DNA of 64,000 bases from Bacteroidaceae bacterium (GTDB taxonomy: Bacteria > Bacteroidota > Bacteroidia > Bacteroidales > Bacteroidaceae): the NCBI GenBank assembly GCA_045594245.1, contig JAZNYG010000015.1, forward strand, positions 29,252-93,251, read 5' to 3'. Position 1 is the stretch's first letter. Every line of letters starts with the position of its first letter. The position numbers were made by a program, and so were the translations under genes. Positions 7,796-17,915 of the stretch are shown piece after piece. Under the pieces are notes generated by a model. That model made no database searches, had not been told where the DNA came from, and saw only the letters and a list, made by a program, of their open reading frames with translations.

Positions 7796-9493
7796 TTATT
7801 TGTTGGTTGCATACAGACCTATCAAGCTGCCGGTGAATCCTCCGGCACGGGCGGTAGAGAGGTGAGCAGCATCGACCTCCTCGGCGAGGGTCTGCCAACG
7901 TCCTTTCTTCGTGGCATAGTGGAAGGCATAGTGCTTGCCGTCGGATACTACCCTCAGTGTGATAGCAGGATTCTGCTCCGTCAGGGTATGCTGGGCAAGG
8001 GTTTCAGTGCCTTGTCGGCCAACTTTCTCCAGAGTGATATATTTATTGGTGCCGTCGTTACCTACGACGAAGAGATACTGGTGGGTCTCGTCCTTGAAGA
8101 GCACCATACCTGCCCGCTCAAGCGTGTCGGCAGGGGCGAAGAGCATCTCTGTGCTGCTCTCGAAGGCATGGTGTTGCATGCGGCGTCCTACGAAGGCGGG
8201 TGTACCCCGCTCGGTGGAGAGCTTGGGAGCACACTTCAAGGCGAGGTAGCCTGGCACAGCCGTGAGCGAGTAGTGTTCGGTGGCAGGGCCGCGCAGGGTG
8301 TGCCAATCCTGTGCAAGCAGCGTATCGGCAAATTCATCGGTGTGGGTAAAGTTGCCTGCAGTAGCATAACCCTCCTGACGCTTCACGCCATCGCGATGCA
8401 CGATGAGGGGCACGATGTCGCTGCCCTGAGTCATGTAGGGGAATCCGTCGTCGCTCCACTGCACGGGCATGATGAAGGTCTCGCGCCCGAGGTTCTCAAA
8501 CTGATTGTCGATGGGGCGGCAAGCCAGGAACACGGCCCACCAGTCGCCCTCCTTGGCCTGTACGAGGTCGGCATGGCCGGCACAGGTGATGGGGTAGGGG
8601 CGCTTGTGGTCGAGATGGCGCTGGGTGAGAATCGGATTCTTCTCCCACGGCTCGAAGGGGCCCATGGGTGAGTCGCTGCGGAAGATAACCTCGGAGTGCC
8701 AACCGCCTGTACCACCCTCGGCTGACATGAGGAAGTACTTGCCATTGATCTTGTACATGTGCGGGCCTTCAATCCATATCGGGTTATCCTCAGGGCGGGC
8801 TCCCTTGTTGACCAGAATCTTGCGCTCACCGACGGTGCGGTTGGTAGCTGGGTCGAACTCTTGGATACGTATCGTGCGGTGTCCGTCGTACTCGGCCTTG
8901 CGGTCGGGTGCATCATCGTTGTTCACGATATAGGCACGTCCGTCGTCATCGAAGAAGAAGGAGGGGTCGATGCCACCTACCGTCGGCAGGCGTATCGGCT
9001 CAGACCATTCTCCAAAGGGATCCTTTGTGGTGACGAAGAAGTTGCCCCATCCCACGTTGGTGGTCACCATATAGTAGGTCTCGTTGTGCGGGTTGTACTC
9101 GATGGCAGGAGCAAAGATGCCGCCGCTCACATGCTGGGGCTGTAGGTTGCGTAGCTGGCTGGGGTGGTCGAGCACATGACCCACCTGCTCCCAGTGCATC
9201 AGGTCGCGGCTGTGGAAGATGGGTACCCCCGGATAGTAACTGAAGGTGGAGGTCACCAGGAAATAGTCGCCCTTGCCATTGGTGCATACGCTGGGGTCGG
9301 AGTACCAGCCGGGCAGGATGGGGTTGTAGAAGGCGTCCTCCTCGGTGAGTGGGTGATGGGTGTAGCAGGTATCGGCTCCTGAGTAGGAGAAACTGTCGAA
9401 TAGGGCTGTGCCGGCATCAGGTACAGGCGTTTGTACACAGGATTGCATACAGGCTAAAGCAGTAGCAACGAGTAATGATAGGCGTGTTTTCAT
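7796..9493 (-). CDS. GH43 beta-xylosidase/alpha-L-arabinofuranosidase
   Basis: Signal peptide. NPILPGWYSDPS and GH43 propeller pattern, plus a C-terminal beta-sandwich domain. Lies 6 nt upstream of the GH10 gene. Confidence 0.9.
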   Translation of the reverse strand: MKTRLSLLVATALACMQSCVQTPVPDAGTALFDSFSYSGADTCYTHHPLTEEDAFYNPILPGWYSDPSVCTNGKGDYFLVTSTFSYYPGVPIFHSRDLMHWEQVGHVLDHPSQLRNLQPQHVSGGIFAPAIEYNPHNETYYMVTTNVGWGNFFVTTKDPFGEWSEPIRLPTVGGIDPSFFFDDDGRAYIVNNDDAPDRKAEYDGHRTIRIQEFDPATNRTVGERKILVNKGARPEDNPIWIEGPHMYKINGKYFLMSAEGGTGGWHSEVIFRSDSPMGPFEPWEKNPILTQRHLDHKRPYPITCAGHADLVQAKEGDWWAVFLACRPIDNQFENLGRETFIMPVQWSDDGFPYMTQGSDIVPLIVHRDGVKRQEGYATAGNFTHTDEFADTLLAQDWHTLRGPATEHYSLTAVPGYLALKCAPKLSTERGTPAFVGRRMQHHAFESSTEMLFAPADTLERAGMVLFKDETHQYLFVVGNDGTNKYITLEKVGRQGTETLAQHTLTEQNPAITLRVVSDGKHYAFHYATKKGRWQTLAEEVDAAHLSTARAGGFTGSLIGLYATNK

Positions 9494-9585
9494 GTAGTCT
9501 TTTATATAGCAACTTAAGTGAATTAAGGTATTGTAGGAAAAATAAGATTAATCCTATATAAGTAACAAATTGCCATTAACTTCAA

Positions 9586-10884
9586 TTAGTTATTCTTTGA
9601 TGTGGAGGCCTTCCATCCATACCAAGTAACGATGGAAAAGCAGAGGAGCGGTAGAACGAAGGAAGCATTCACGGCAGGCAGTCCTGCAACAGAACCCAAA
9701 TCAATAATAGTGCCCTGCAATGGAGGCATCACGGCTCCACCTACAATGGCCATCACGAGGAAGGCAGCACCAAGGGTGGTGTCTTCGGCCTGCACATCCT
9801 CTAGAGCTATGCCGTAGATGGTGGGGAACATGAGGCTCATGAAACCGCTGATAGCCACTAGGCAGTAGAGGCCAACCATACCTTGTATGAAGATGGTGCC
9901 AAGAGTTGCAGTGCAGGCTCCAATACCAAAGAGCATCAGCAGACGGCGCGAGTTGATGTATTTCATTAAGAAGGTGCTGATGAAGCGCGAGGTGAGGAAG
10001 AAGGCCATAGCAGCGATGTTGAACTTCTGTGCTGTAGCCTTATCGATACCTAAGTTGTCGGCATATTGAATGATGAAAGTCCACACCATAATCTGAGCAG
10101 CTACATAGAACATTTGTGCTATCACGCCACTTCGGTACAGCTTGTTCTGCCAAAGGCGGCGCAAGGTATCGCTCATCTTGACTTTTACACCCTCGCCTCG
10201 AGTCTGAGGGATTTTGGTGAACACAAAGATAAGGAATACGACGAGCACCAGTAATCCGAGCATTACATAAGGGTCGCGTATCACGGCAAGGTCATGTAGG
10301 CGGATATTGGCCTTTTCGGCTTCGCTGAGCGAATGGAAGATGACCTCCCCGGCTGCATCACGTTTGTCGGAGATGAGACTGGGAAGCACAATCAGTGCGG
10401 CAACAGCCATGCCCGAGAGCGACCCCATGGGGTTGAAGGCCTGTGCGAGGTTGAGACGACGGGTAGCGGTTTTCGGATCTCCCAATGATAGGATAAGGGG
10501 ATTGGCAGTGGTTTCCAAAAAAGCCAGGCCAAAGGTGAGTACGTAGAGCGATATGCAGAAGAAGGTAAACTCCTGATAAGCTGCAGCGGGAATGAACATG
10601 AAGGCGCCAATGGCGTACAGAGCTAATCCTAGCAGGATACCACTCTTGTAACTATATTTACGAATAAACAGGGCTGCTGGTACGGCCATAGTGGCATAAC
10701 CGCCATAGAAGGCGAACTGCACGAGCGAGGCCTTGGCGGCCGATAACTCCATCAACGTCTGGAAAGCTGCTACCATGGGGTTGGTGATGTCGTTGGCAAA
10801 TCCCCATAGGGCAAACAGGGAAGTAACGAGGATAAAAGGTATAAGAAACTTCTTTTCTACGAGTTTAGATGTAGATTTACTCAT
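9586..10884 (-). CDS. MFS sugar:H+ symporter (FucP/GluP-like)
   Basis: Multi-TM profile typical of FucP-type MFS transporters. I moved the start to the ATG at 10884 (MSKSTSKL) because the TTG at 10917 lies inside the -7 box. Confidence 0.85.
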   Translation of the reverse strand: MSKSTSKLVEKKFLIPFILVTSLFALWGFANDITNPMVAAFQTLMELSAAKASLVQFAFYGGYATMAVPAALFIRKYSYKSGILLGLALYAIGAFMFIPAAAYQEFTFFCISLYVLTFGLAFLETTANPLILSLGDPKTATRRLNLAQAFNPMGSLSGMAVAALIVLPSLISDKRDAAGEVIFHSLSEAEKANIRLHDLAVIRDPYVMLGLLVLVVFLIFVFTKIPQTRGEGVKVKMSDTLRRLWQNKLYRSGVIAQMFYVAAQIMVWTFIIQYADNLGIDKATAQKFNIAAMAFFLTSRFISTFLMKYINSRRLLMLFGIGACTATLGTIFIQGMVGLYCLVAISGFMSLMFPTIYGIALEDVQAEDTTLGAAFLVMAIVGGAVMPPLQGTIIDLGSVAGLPAVNASFVLPLLCFSIVTWYGWKASTSKNN

Positions 10885-10914
10885 GGTTGTATTGTGCTTT
10901 TGGGTTATGTTTTG

Positions 10915-10922
10915 CAAATGTA
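10915..10922 (-). promoter_or_regulatory. -7 box TACATTTG (MFS-GH43-GH10 operon)
   Basis: Reverse complement of caaatgta, 31 nt upstream of the ATG at 10884. Confidence 0.5.
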
Positions 10923-11043
10923 GTATAAAAGTGACATATAGCCAAAATATGTTGTGTTTTTGTTATGTTCCCCCACTTTTACTCTATTTCTTAGATTGTT
11001 TTTATAATCAGCGATATAGTGATTTCTAAAAGTTATCCACAGG

Positions 11044-11104
11044 CGGTGGAAAACTTGTGGAAAAATAATTTGTGGTTTATAGTGGGGAATTGTGGGGAAT
11101 TGTG
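11044..11104 (+). promoter_or_regulatory. MraZ-box array (direct GTGG repeats with ~10-bp phasing) upstream of the mraZ promoter
   Basis: GTGG occurs at 11046, 11057, 11072, 11082, 11092 and GTGT at 11102. The last three units are the tandem 10-mer gtggggaatt. The array ends at the TAACTTTG -7 box. Confidence 0.6.
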
Positions 11105-11112
11105 TAACTTTG
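11105..11112 (+). promoter_or_regulatory. -7 box TAACTTTG (Pmra, dcw operon)
   Basis: Exact motif, 29 nt upstream of the mraZ ATG. Confidence 0.55.
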
Positions 11113-11140
11113 AGGCAAAATTGTAAAATGGGATAAAAAG

Positions 11141-11593
11141 ATGGTACGCTTTATCGGTAACATAGAGGCAAAGACTGACGAGAAGGGACGCGTATTCCTT
11201 CCGGCAACTTTCCGTCGTGTGTTGCAGAAGGCTGGCGACGAGAAGCTGATGCTCCGTAAGGATATTCATCAGCGTTGCCTGGTGCTGTATCCCGAGAGCA
11301 CGTGGAACGAGCAGCTTGATGCGCTGCGTGCACGGCTTAACCGCTGGAACCGTCAGGAGCAGATGTGGTTTCGTCAGTTTGTGGCTGGCGTGGATGAACT
11401 GACCATCGACGGCAACGGGCGTATTTTGATTCCGAAACGCTACCACGAAGCCATCGACCTGAAGGCAGAGGTGCGTTTTATCGGTATGGACGATACCATA
11501 GAACTATGGGCTAAAGAGGTGGCAGACAGCGCGTTTGCTGATGAGTCGACATTCGGTGCGGAACTTGAAGCGCTGATGAATGATAGAAACTGA
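11141..11593 (+). CDS. mraZ: Transcriptional regulator MraZ
   Basis: 150 aa with two SpoVT/AbrB-type halves (GRVFLPATFRR, GRILIPKRYHE). First gene of the dcw cluster. Confidence 0.95.
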   Translation: MVRFIGNIEAKTDEKGRVFLPATFRRVLQKAGDEKLMLRKDIHQRCLVLYPESTWNEQLDALRARLNRWNRQEQMWFRQFVAGVDELTIDGNGRILIPKRYHEAIDLKAEVRFIGMDDTIELWAKEVADSAFADESTFGAELEALMNDRN

Positions 11594-11686
11594 GTCAGAG
11601 AAGCCTCTATAATGGAGTAGACGGTATCGTCCACGGAAATGCTGAACAACTCCAACGGCTGAAGGAACCCGTAAAATTAGATTAAG

Positions 11687-12589
11687 ATGAATATTCCCTA
11701 TCACATTCCCGTCATGCTGAATGAGACGGTAGATGGCATGAATATCGCTCCTGGAGGCATATATGCCGATATGACCTTTGGTGGTGGTGGACATTCACGC
11801 GAGATGCTGCGCAGGATGGATGATGTGGCACATCTGTATAGCTTCGACCAAGATGCCGATGCGGAACGCAACATTGTGGATGATGCACGCTTCACCTTCG
11901 TGCGGAGCAACTTCCGCTACCTGTGGAACTGGATGCGCTATCACGGAGTGGAGCAGCTCGATGGCGTGTTGGCCGACCTCGGCGTATCGAGTCATCAGTT
12001 CGATGAGGGTGAGCTGGGCTTCTCGTTCCGCTTCGATGCCAAGCTGGATATGCGCATGAACCGTCGCGAGGGGCGCACGGCCGCCGATATTGTCAACACC
12101 TACGACGAGGAGCGTCTGGCCGAGATATTCTACCTCTATGGCGAGTTGCTCAATAGCCGTAAGCTGGCGTCGGTAATCGTGAAGGCTCGTGCGCTGGCAC
12201 CTATTGAGACAACGGGGCAGCTCTACGAAACGGTGAAACGCCTCTTTGGGCGCGACCGCGAGAAGAAGGAGATGGCCAAGCTGTTCCAAGCCCTGCGCAT
12301 CGAGGTCAATGAGGAGATGGAGGCCTTGAAGGAGATGTTGCAGTCGGCCACCGAGCTGCTTCGCCCCGGAGGGCGTCTGGTGGTACTCACCTATCACTCG
12401 CTCGAAGACCGTCTGGTGAAGAACCTGATGAAGACAGGAAGCGTGGAGGGAAAAGTGGAGCAGGATATCTATGGCACAAAGCCGTCGCCCTACCGCCTGG
12501 TGGGTAAGGTGGCTGTAGCAAGCCAGGAGGAGCAAGAGGCTAATCCGCGTTCAAGAAGTGCAAAGTTGAGAATAGGAGAAAAAAGATAA
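11687..12589 (+). CDS. rsmH: 16S rRNA (cytosine1402-N4)-methyltransferase
   Basis: HIPVMLNE and GGGGHS SAM motif. Position after mraZ. Confidence 0.95.
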   Translation: MNIPYHIPVMLNETVDGMNIAPGGIYADMTFGGGGHSREMLRRMDDVAHLYSFDQDADAERNIVDDARFTFVRSNFRYLWNWMRYHGVEQLDGVLADLGVSSHQFDEGELGFSFRFDAKLDMRMNRREGRTAADIVNTYDEERLAEIFYLYGELLNSRKLASVIVKARALAPIETTGQLYETVKRLFGRDREKKEMAKLFQALRIEVNEEMEALKEMLQSATELLRPGGRLVVLTYHSLEDRLVKNLMKTGSVEGKVEQDIYGTKPSPYRLVGKVAVASQEEQEANPRSRSAKLRIGEKR

Positions 12590-12593
12590 CAAG

Positions 12594-12929
12594 ATGACTG
12601 CCGAACAGAAGAAGAAAAAAAAGAAGTCGCTGAAGTCATGGATCGATGGCGATATGTTGACAAGCCCCTTCCTGTCGCGCCAGATAGGGCTCATGGCCCT
12701 TGTGGCTGCACTGGTAATCGTGTATGTGAGCAACCGCTATGCCTTCCAGCATGAGCAGGTGGAGATACAGGAGCTGCGCTCAAAACTTAACGATGTGAAG
12801 TACGAAGCACTGGCACGCTCTAGCGAACTGATGGAGAAGAGCCGCGAGTCGAACATACAGAAGTATATCGTGGAGCAGGGGAGCGAGCTGAAGGCTTCGA
12901 CCAAACCGCCTGTAGTGATAAAGAGATAA
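12594..12929 (+). CDS. ftsL: FtsL-like cell division protein
   Basis: 111 aa with a Lys-rich N-terminus, one TM segment and then a coiled coil. Lies between rsmH and ftsI. Confidence 0.7.
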   Translation: MTAEQKKKKKKSLKSWIDGDMLTSPFLSRQIGLMALVAALVIVYVSNRYAFQHEQVEIQELRSKLNDVKYEALARSSELMEKSRESNIQKYIVEQGSELKASTKPPVVIKR

Positions 12930-12964
12930 AAGGATCTACAAATTGTAAATGAGCAAGAATAGAG

Positions 12965-15151
12965 ATGCAGAACCCTAAAGATAAGAAAATCGTTTCACGC
13001 TACTTCACCATCATCATATTGATGGCGGTGGTGGGCATTATTATATTGCTCAAGGCTATGTCGGTGATGATTTTCGAGCGTAACTACTGGAAGGAGGTGA
13101 CCGAGCGTAGTGTGGTCGACAGTGTGGCCATAGCTCCCAAGCGCGGCAACATACTCAGCGACGATGGACAGCTGATGGCCAGTAGTGTGCCGCAGTATAC
13201 GCTCTTCATGGACTTCAGGGTGTCGGACAGCGATGAGAGTCGCCGCATCAAGGCGCAGCATCGTCGCGACTCTCTTCTCGAAGCGCATGAGACAGAGATC
13301 TGTGAGGGATTGCACCGTATACTCCCCGACAAGAGCGTGGAGGAATTCCGCCAGACCTTCCGCAAGGGACGTGCGCAGAGGAGCCGTTATTGGAAACTCT
13401 ATCCTCGCCGTGTGTCGTATGCCCAATACAAGGAGATAAAGAAACTGCCGGTGCTGTGCGAGAGCTCCAACAGCGGAGGCTTCTTCACCGAGAGCAATAT
13501 TGAGCGCAAGAAGATTTTCGGTTCGCTGGCTCGCCGTACCCTGGGCGATGTATACGCCAAGGTGGATTCGGCCAAGAACGGTATCGAGCTGGCTTACGAT
13601 GACTATCTGCGTGGCAAACCCGGATGGGGACACAAGAAGAGAGCCGGTAAGCAGGATGTCACCATTGTGGACAAGCCTGCTGTCGATGGCTACGATGTGA
13701 AGACTACCCTTAACGTGGAGATTCAGGATATTGCCGAAAAGGCATTGCTCGATGTGCTGCATAAGCAGAACGAGCAGTATAAGGGCGATGCGCGAACAGG
13801 CGTGGTAATCGTGATGGAGGTGGCTACGGGCGATATCAAGGCGATGGTCAATATGAACCGCTTGGAGAGTGGTGCCTACTATGAGACCAAGAACAATGCC
13901 CTTACCGATATCTTGGAGCCAGGCTCAACCTTCAAGACAGCTTCGCTGCTGGTGGCACTTGATGACAAGAAAATCAGCATCAATGACTCGGTAGATGCCA
14001 ATCGCGGATTGTATAAGTTTGGTTCGGCTACGATGCGCGACCACAACTGGAACAAGGCAAGTGCCTATGGTGTGCTCAGTGTGCCGCAGGTGCTGATGTA
14101 CTCCTCCAACGTAGGTACAGCCCGCCTTATCGATGAGAATTATAGTAAGGAGCCTGAGAAGTTTGTCGAGGGATTGCACCGTATGGGATTGGCTACCCAC
14201 TTCCCGCTGCTTCCGGGTACAGGCCGTCCAAAAATACGCAAACCGAATAAGGATAAAAGCAACTGGTCGCGTACTGCATTGCCTTGGATGTCTATTGGTT
14301 ACGAGACACAGATTGCTCCTATCAATATCGTCTCCTTCTACAACGCCATTGCCAATAACGGTAAGTTCATGAAGCCACGTCTCGTGACTGCCATCCTTGA
14401 AGATGGTAGAGCAGTGGAGGAGTTTGAGCCCGAGGTGGTCATCGATAAGATTGCCTCACAGCAAGCCCTTGATGACATCACCAAGATGCTTACTATGGTG
14501 GTCAACGAGCCTACTGGACTTGGCCGTCAGGCTAAATCAGAAAATTTCCTCGTGGCGGGTAAGACCGGTACGGCACAGATTGCCTCTGGTGGTCAGCTCA
14601 AGGGTGGAGGCCATCAGCTCAGTTTCTGCGGATTCTTCCCTGCCGATGCTCCCAAGTACACCTGTATCGTATCTATCCAGACGCGTGGCGGCTTGATCTC
14701 GGGTGGCGGCGTGGCCGGTGTGGTATTTGGCGAGATAGCCAAGCGGGTGATGGCACGCGACGACAAGCGTGAGATAGGCGAATTGGTGGACTCAACGGCC
14801 ATCTTCATCCCCAAGGTATCCAAGGGTAATATTGCTGATGCCCGCTACGTGCTTGACGAACTCGACATCCGCCACGAGTGGGATGCCGATGTGCCCTACC
14901 GGGAAGGCAAGCCCGTATGGGGTAATGCCGAGAGCCGTGCTTCCGACGTGTTGCTCAGCGACATACCGTTTAATCCGTCAGAAGGCAAGGTCCCCAATGT
15001 AAAGGGGCTCGGAGCCAAAGACGCCCTGTATCTGCTTGAGGCATGTGGACTCAAGGTGAATATCTCGGGAAAGGGCAAGGTGTATTCGCAGAGCATACCT
15101 CATGGCAATGCGGTCCGGAAAGGACAGACAATATATTTGAAGTTGAAGTAA
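12965..15151 (+). CDS. ftsI: Penicillin-binding protein 3-type transpeptidase with a C-terminal PASTA domain
   Basis: N-terminal TM anchor. Transpeptidase motifs STFK, SSN and KTGT. C-terminal VPNVKGLGAKDALYLLEACGLKV...KGQTIYLKL fits PASTA. Confidence 0.9.
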   Translation: MQNPKDKKIVSRYFTIIILMAVVGIIILLKAMSVMIFERNYWKEVTERSVVDSVAIAPKRGNILSDDGQLMASSVPQYTLFMDFRVSDSDESRRIKAQHRRDSLLEAHETEICEGLHRILPDKSVEEFRQTFRKGRAQRSRYWKLYPRRVSYAQYKEIKKLPVLCESSNSGGFFTESNIERKKIFGSLARRTLGDVYAKVDSAKNGIELAYDDYLRGKPGWGHKKRAGKQDVTIVDKPAVDGYDVKTTLNVEIQDIAEKALLDVLHKQNEQYKGDARTGVVIVMEVATGDIKAMVNMNRLESGAYYETKNNALTDILEPGSTFKTASLLVALDDKKISINDSVDANRGLYKFGSATMRDHNWNKASAYGVLSVPQVLMYSSNVGTARLIDENYSKEPEKFVEGLHRMGLATHFPLLPGTGRPKIRKPNKDKSNWSRTALPWMSIGYETQIAPINIVSFYNAIANNGKFMKPRLVTAILEDGRAVEEFEPEVVIDKIASQQALDDITKMLTMVVNEPTGLGRQAKSENFLVAGKTGTAQIASGGQLKGGGHQLSFCGFFPADAPKYTCIVSIQTRGGLISGGGVAGVVFGEIAKRVMARDDKREIGELVDSTAIFIPKVSKGNIADARYVLDELDIRHEWDADVPYREGKPVWGNAESRASDVLLSDIPFNPSEGKVPNVKGLGAKDALYLLEACGLKVNISGKGKVYSQSIPHGNAVRKGQTIYLKLK

Positions 15152-15163
15152 AAAGGAAATAAT

Positions 15164-16615
15164 ATGTTACTCTCAGACATCATCAAAGGATTACGTGTAG
15201 AAGAGGTCATTGGCAATGTGCAGTGCGACATTGCCGATGTGCATATCGATTCGCGCCGTATAGCGCCTGGTCATCTTTTTGTGGCTATGCGTGGTACACA
15301 GGTCGACGGACATAAATATATACAAGGTGCCATTGACAAGGGTGCTGTAGCCATCGTGTGTGAACAGTTGCCCGAGTCGTTGACCGAAGGCATCACCTAC
15401 ATCCGTGTCGCCGATAGCGAAGAAGTCGTAGGTCCTATCGCTACGGCCTTCCATGATCATCCTACAGAGAAGGTGCGGCTGATAGGTGTCACGGGCACCA
15501 ATGGCAAGACCACCATTGCGACACTCCTATATAATATGTTTCGCGCGATGGGCTATAAGGTCGGACTCATCTCTACCGTATGCAACTATATTGATGATGA
15601 GGCCATCCCCACCGAGCATACCACGCCCGATGCCATCACCCTCAACGCTCTGTTGGGACGTATGGCTGATGAGGGCTGCAAGTATGTGTTCATGGAGGTG
15701 AGCTCACACTCTGTGGCACAGCGCCGCATCGGTGGGCTTAAGTTCGCTGGTGGTATCTTCACCAACCTCACGCGCGACCACATGGACTATCACAAGACCG
15801 TGGACAATTACTTGCGTGCCAAGAAGGCCTTCTTCGATGCCCTGCCTAAGGATGCTTTTGTGGTGACCAACCTCGACGACAAGAACGGATTGGTGATGAC
15901 GCAGAACACGCGTGCCAAGGTGTATACCTACTCGCTCCGTAGCTTGGCCGACTTCAAGGGCCGTATCCTTGAGCACTACTTTGACGGCATGATGCTCGAC
16001 ATCAACGGCGTGGAGGTGTTCGTGCAGTTCATCGGTAAGTTCAATGCCAGCAACCTTCTTGCCGTATATGGCACCGCCTGCCTCTTGGGCAAGCGCCCCG
16101 AGGAGGTGCTCACCGTGCTCAGCACGTTGCGCCCCGTGAGCGGACGCTTCGACGCAGTACACTCACCGCAGGGCTTCACCGCCATTGTCGACTATGCCCA
16201 CACTCCCGATGCCATAGCCAATGTGCTGAGTGCCATTCACGAGGTGCAGGGTGGCAAGGGCAAGGTTATCACCGTGGTAGGTGCCGGTGGCAACCGCGAC
16301 AAGGGCAAGCGCCCCATCATGGCACAGGAGGCCGTGAAGGGCAGCGACAAGATCATCATCACCAGCGATAACCCCCGTTTCGAGGAGCCGCAAGACATCA
16401 TCAATGACATGCTTGCCGGGCTCACCCCTGCGCAGAAGTCCTGCGTTATCTCCATCGTTGACCGTCGTGAGGCCATACGCACGGCCTGCATGCTTGCCGA
16501 GAAGGGCGATGTCATCCTTGTTGCCGGCAAGGGTCACGAGAACTATCAGGACATAAAGGGTGTGAAGCACCACTTCGACGACAAGGAGATATTGAATGAA
16601 GTGTTTGGAAACTAA
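15164..16615 (+). CDS. murE: UDP-N-acetylmuramoyl-L-alanyl-D-glutamate--2,6-diaminopimelate ligase
   Basis: [11 protein letters not shown]-loop and a DNPR motif (TSDNPRFE). Confidence 0.95.
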   Translation: MLLSDIIKGLRVEEVIGNVQCDIADVHIDSRRIAPGHLFVAMRGTQVDGHKYIQGAIDKGAVAIVCEQLPESLTEGITYIRVADSEEVVGPIATAFHDHPTEKVRLIGVTGTNGKTTIATLLYNMFRAMGYKVGLISTVCNYIDDEAIPTEHTTPDAITLNALLGRMADEGCKYVFMEVSSHSVAQRRIGGLKFAGGIFTNLTRDHMDYHKTVDNYLRAKKAFFDALPKDAFVVTNLDDKNGLVMTQNTRAKVYTYSLRSLADFKGRILEHYFDGMMLDINGVEVFVQFIGKFNASNLLAVYGTACLLGKRPEEVLTVLSTLRPVSGRFDAVHSPQGFTAIVDYAHTPDAIANVLSAIHEVQGGKGKVITVVGAGGNRDKGKRPIMAQEAVKGSDKIIITSDNPRFEEPQDIINDMLAGLTPAQKSCVISIVDRREAIRTACMLAEKGDVILVAGKGHENYQDIKGVKHHFDDKEILNEVFGN

Positions 16616-16632
16616 AATAAAGATTCTCAGCT

Positions 16633-17913
16633 ATGTTATACTACCTCTTTAACTACCTGAACGAGCTGAACGTACCTGGTGCGGGTATGTTTACCTATAT
16701 CTCGTTCCGTTCACTGCTGGCCATCATCATTGCTCTGCTGGTGTCTACTATCTATGGTAAGCACTTTATCAATATGCTCAAGCGCCAGCAGATTACCGAG
16801 ACGCAGCGCGATGCGAGCATCGACCCCTTCGGTGTGCAGAAGATAGGCACTCCCACGATGGGTGGTGTCATCATCCTGGCAGCGATTCTTATCCCGTGCT
16901 TGCTGCTCGGCCGTCTCGACAATGTGTATATGATTCTCATGCTTGTCACCACGGTGTGGCTGGGCGCCTTGGGCTTTGCCGACGACTATATCAAGGTGTT
17001 CAAGCGCGATAAGGAGGGCCTGCACGGCAAGTTCAAGATCATCGGTCAGGTAGGTCTCGGCATCATCGTTGGCCTCACGCTCTACCTGAGCGATGATGCG
17101 GTTATTCGCGAAAATATCGAGGTGCAGCGTGGAGCCAATGCGGCTACCGAGATTGTTCACAAGAGTGAAGCTACAAAGTCTACCAAGACCACCATCCCCT
17201 TCTTCAAGAACAACAACCTCGACTATGCCAATGCCTTCAACTGGTTGGGCGAGTACAAGCAGGTGGGCGGCTGGCTCTTGTTTGTCTTCATGACCATCCT
17301 CGTGGTGACAGCAGTGTCCAACAGTGCCAACCTCAACGACGGCATGGACGGCATGGCAGCGGGTAACTCGGCCATCATTGGTGTGGTGCTGGGCATACTG
17401 GCCTACGTGTCCAGTCACATCTCCATGGCAGGCTATCTGAATATCATGTATATCCCTGGTTCCGAGGAGCTGGTAGTATATCTGTGTGCATTCGTAGGTG
17501 CACTCATTGGCTTCCTTTGGTACAATGCTTTCCCTGCTCAGGTGTTCATGGGCGATACCGGCAGCCTCACCATCGGTGGCATCATTGCTGTGAGTGCCAT
17601 CATCATCCGCAAGGAGCTGCTCATCCCCATCCTTTGTGGTGTGTTCTTCGTGGAGAGCCTCTCGGTTATCATCCAACGTTTCTATTATAAGGCAGGCAAG
17701 AAGAAAGGGGTCAAGCAACGCTTCTTCAAGCGTACCCCCATCCATGACCATTTCCGCACCTCAGTGGCACAGGTGCAGAAGATGGATCCGGGCTGTAGCA
17801 TCAAGGTGACCCACCCCGACACCCTTTTCCACGAAGCGAAGATCACCGTGCGCTTCTGGATCGTGACTATCATACTGGCTGCGGTGACCATTATTACATT
17901 GAAGATAAGATAA
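16633..17913 (+). CDS. mraY: Phospho-N-acetylmuramoyl-pentapeptide transferase
   Basis: Polytopic membrane protein with ADDYIKV and NLNDGMDGMAAG motifs. Confidence 0.95.
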   Translation: MLYYLFNYLNELNVPGAGMFTYISFRSLLAIIIALLVSTIYGKHFINMLKRQQITETQRDASIDPFGVQKIGTPTMGGVIILAAILIPCLLLGRLDNVYMILMLVTTVWLGALGFADDYIKVFKRDKEGLHGKFKIIGQVGLGIIVGLTLYLSDDAVIRENIEVQRGANAATEIVHKSEATKSTKTTIPFFKNNNLDYANAFNWLGEYKQVGGWLLFVFMTILVVTAVSNSANLNDGMDGMAAGNSAIIGVVLGILAYVSSHISMAGYLNIMYIPGSEELVVYLCAFVGALIGFLWYNAFPAQVFMGDTGSLTIGGIIAVSAIIIRKELLIPILCGVFFVESLSVIIQRFYYKAGKKKGVKQRFFKRTPIHDHFRTSVAQVQKMDPGCSIKVTHPDTLFHEAKITVRFWIVTIILAAVTIITLKIR

Positions 17914-17915
17914 CA

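Noticed and set aside
7862-8671. 269-aa plus-strand ORF opposite the GH43 gene.
   Set aside because: It is a shadow ORF. GH43 motifs are in the minus-strand frame.
12615-12622. A8 homopolymer in the 5' coding region of ftsL as a phase-variation tract.
   Set aside because: It encodes a Lys run in an essential division gene. Slippage would be lethal rather than regulatory. The run is short compared with known contingency tracts.
16711-17751. Long antisense ORFs inside dcw genes. Examples are 16711-17751(-), 17934-19058(-), 20546-21529(-), 11795-12535(-) and 12995-13762(-).
   Set aside because: They lie entirely opposite genes with unmistakable motifs (mraY, murD, murG, rsmH, ftsI). Their sequences are low-complexity and His/Gly/Val/Leu-rich, as is typical of shadow ORFs in GC-rich coding DNA. 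None has a promoter box.
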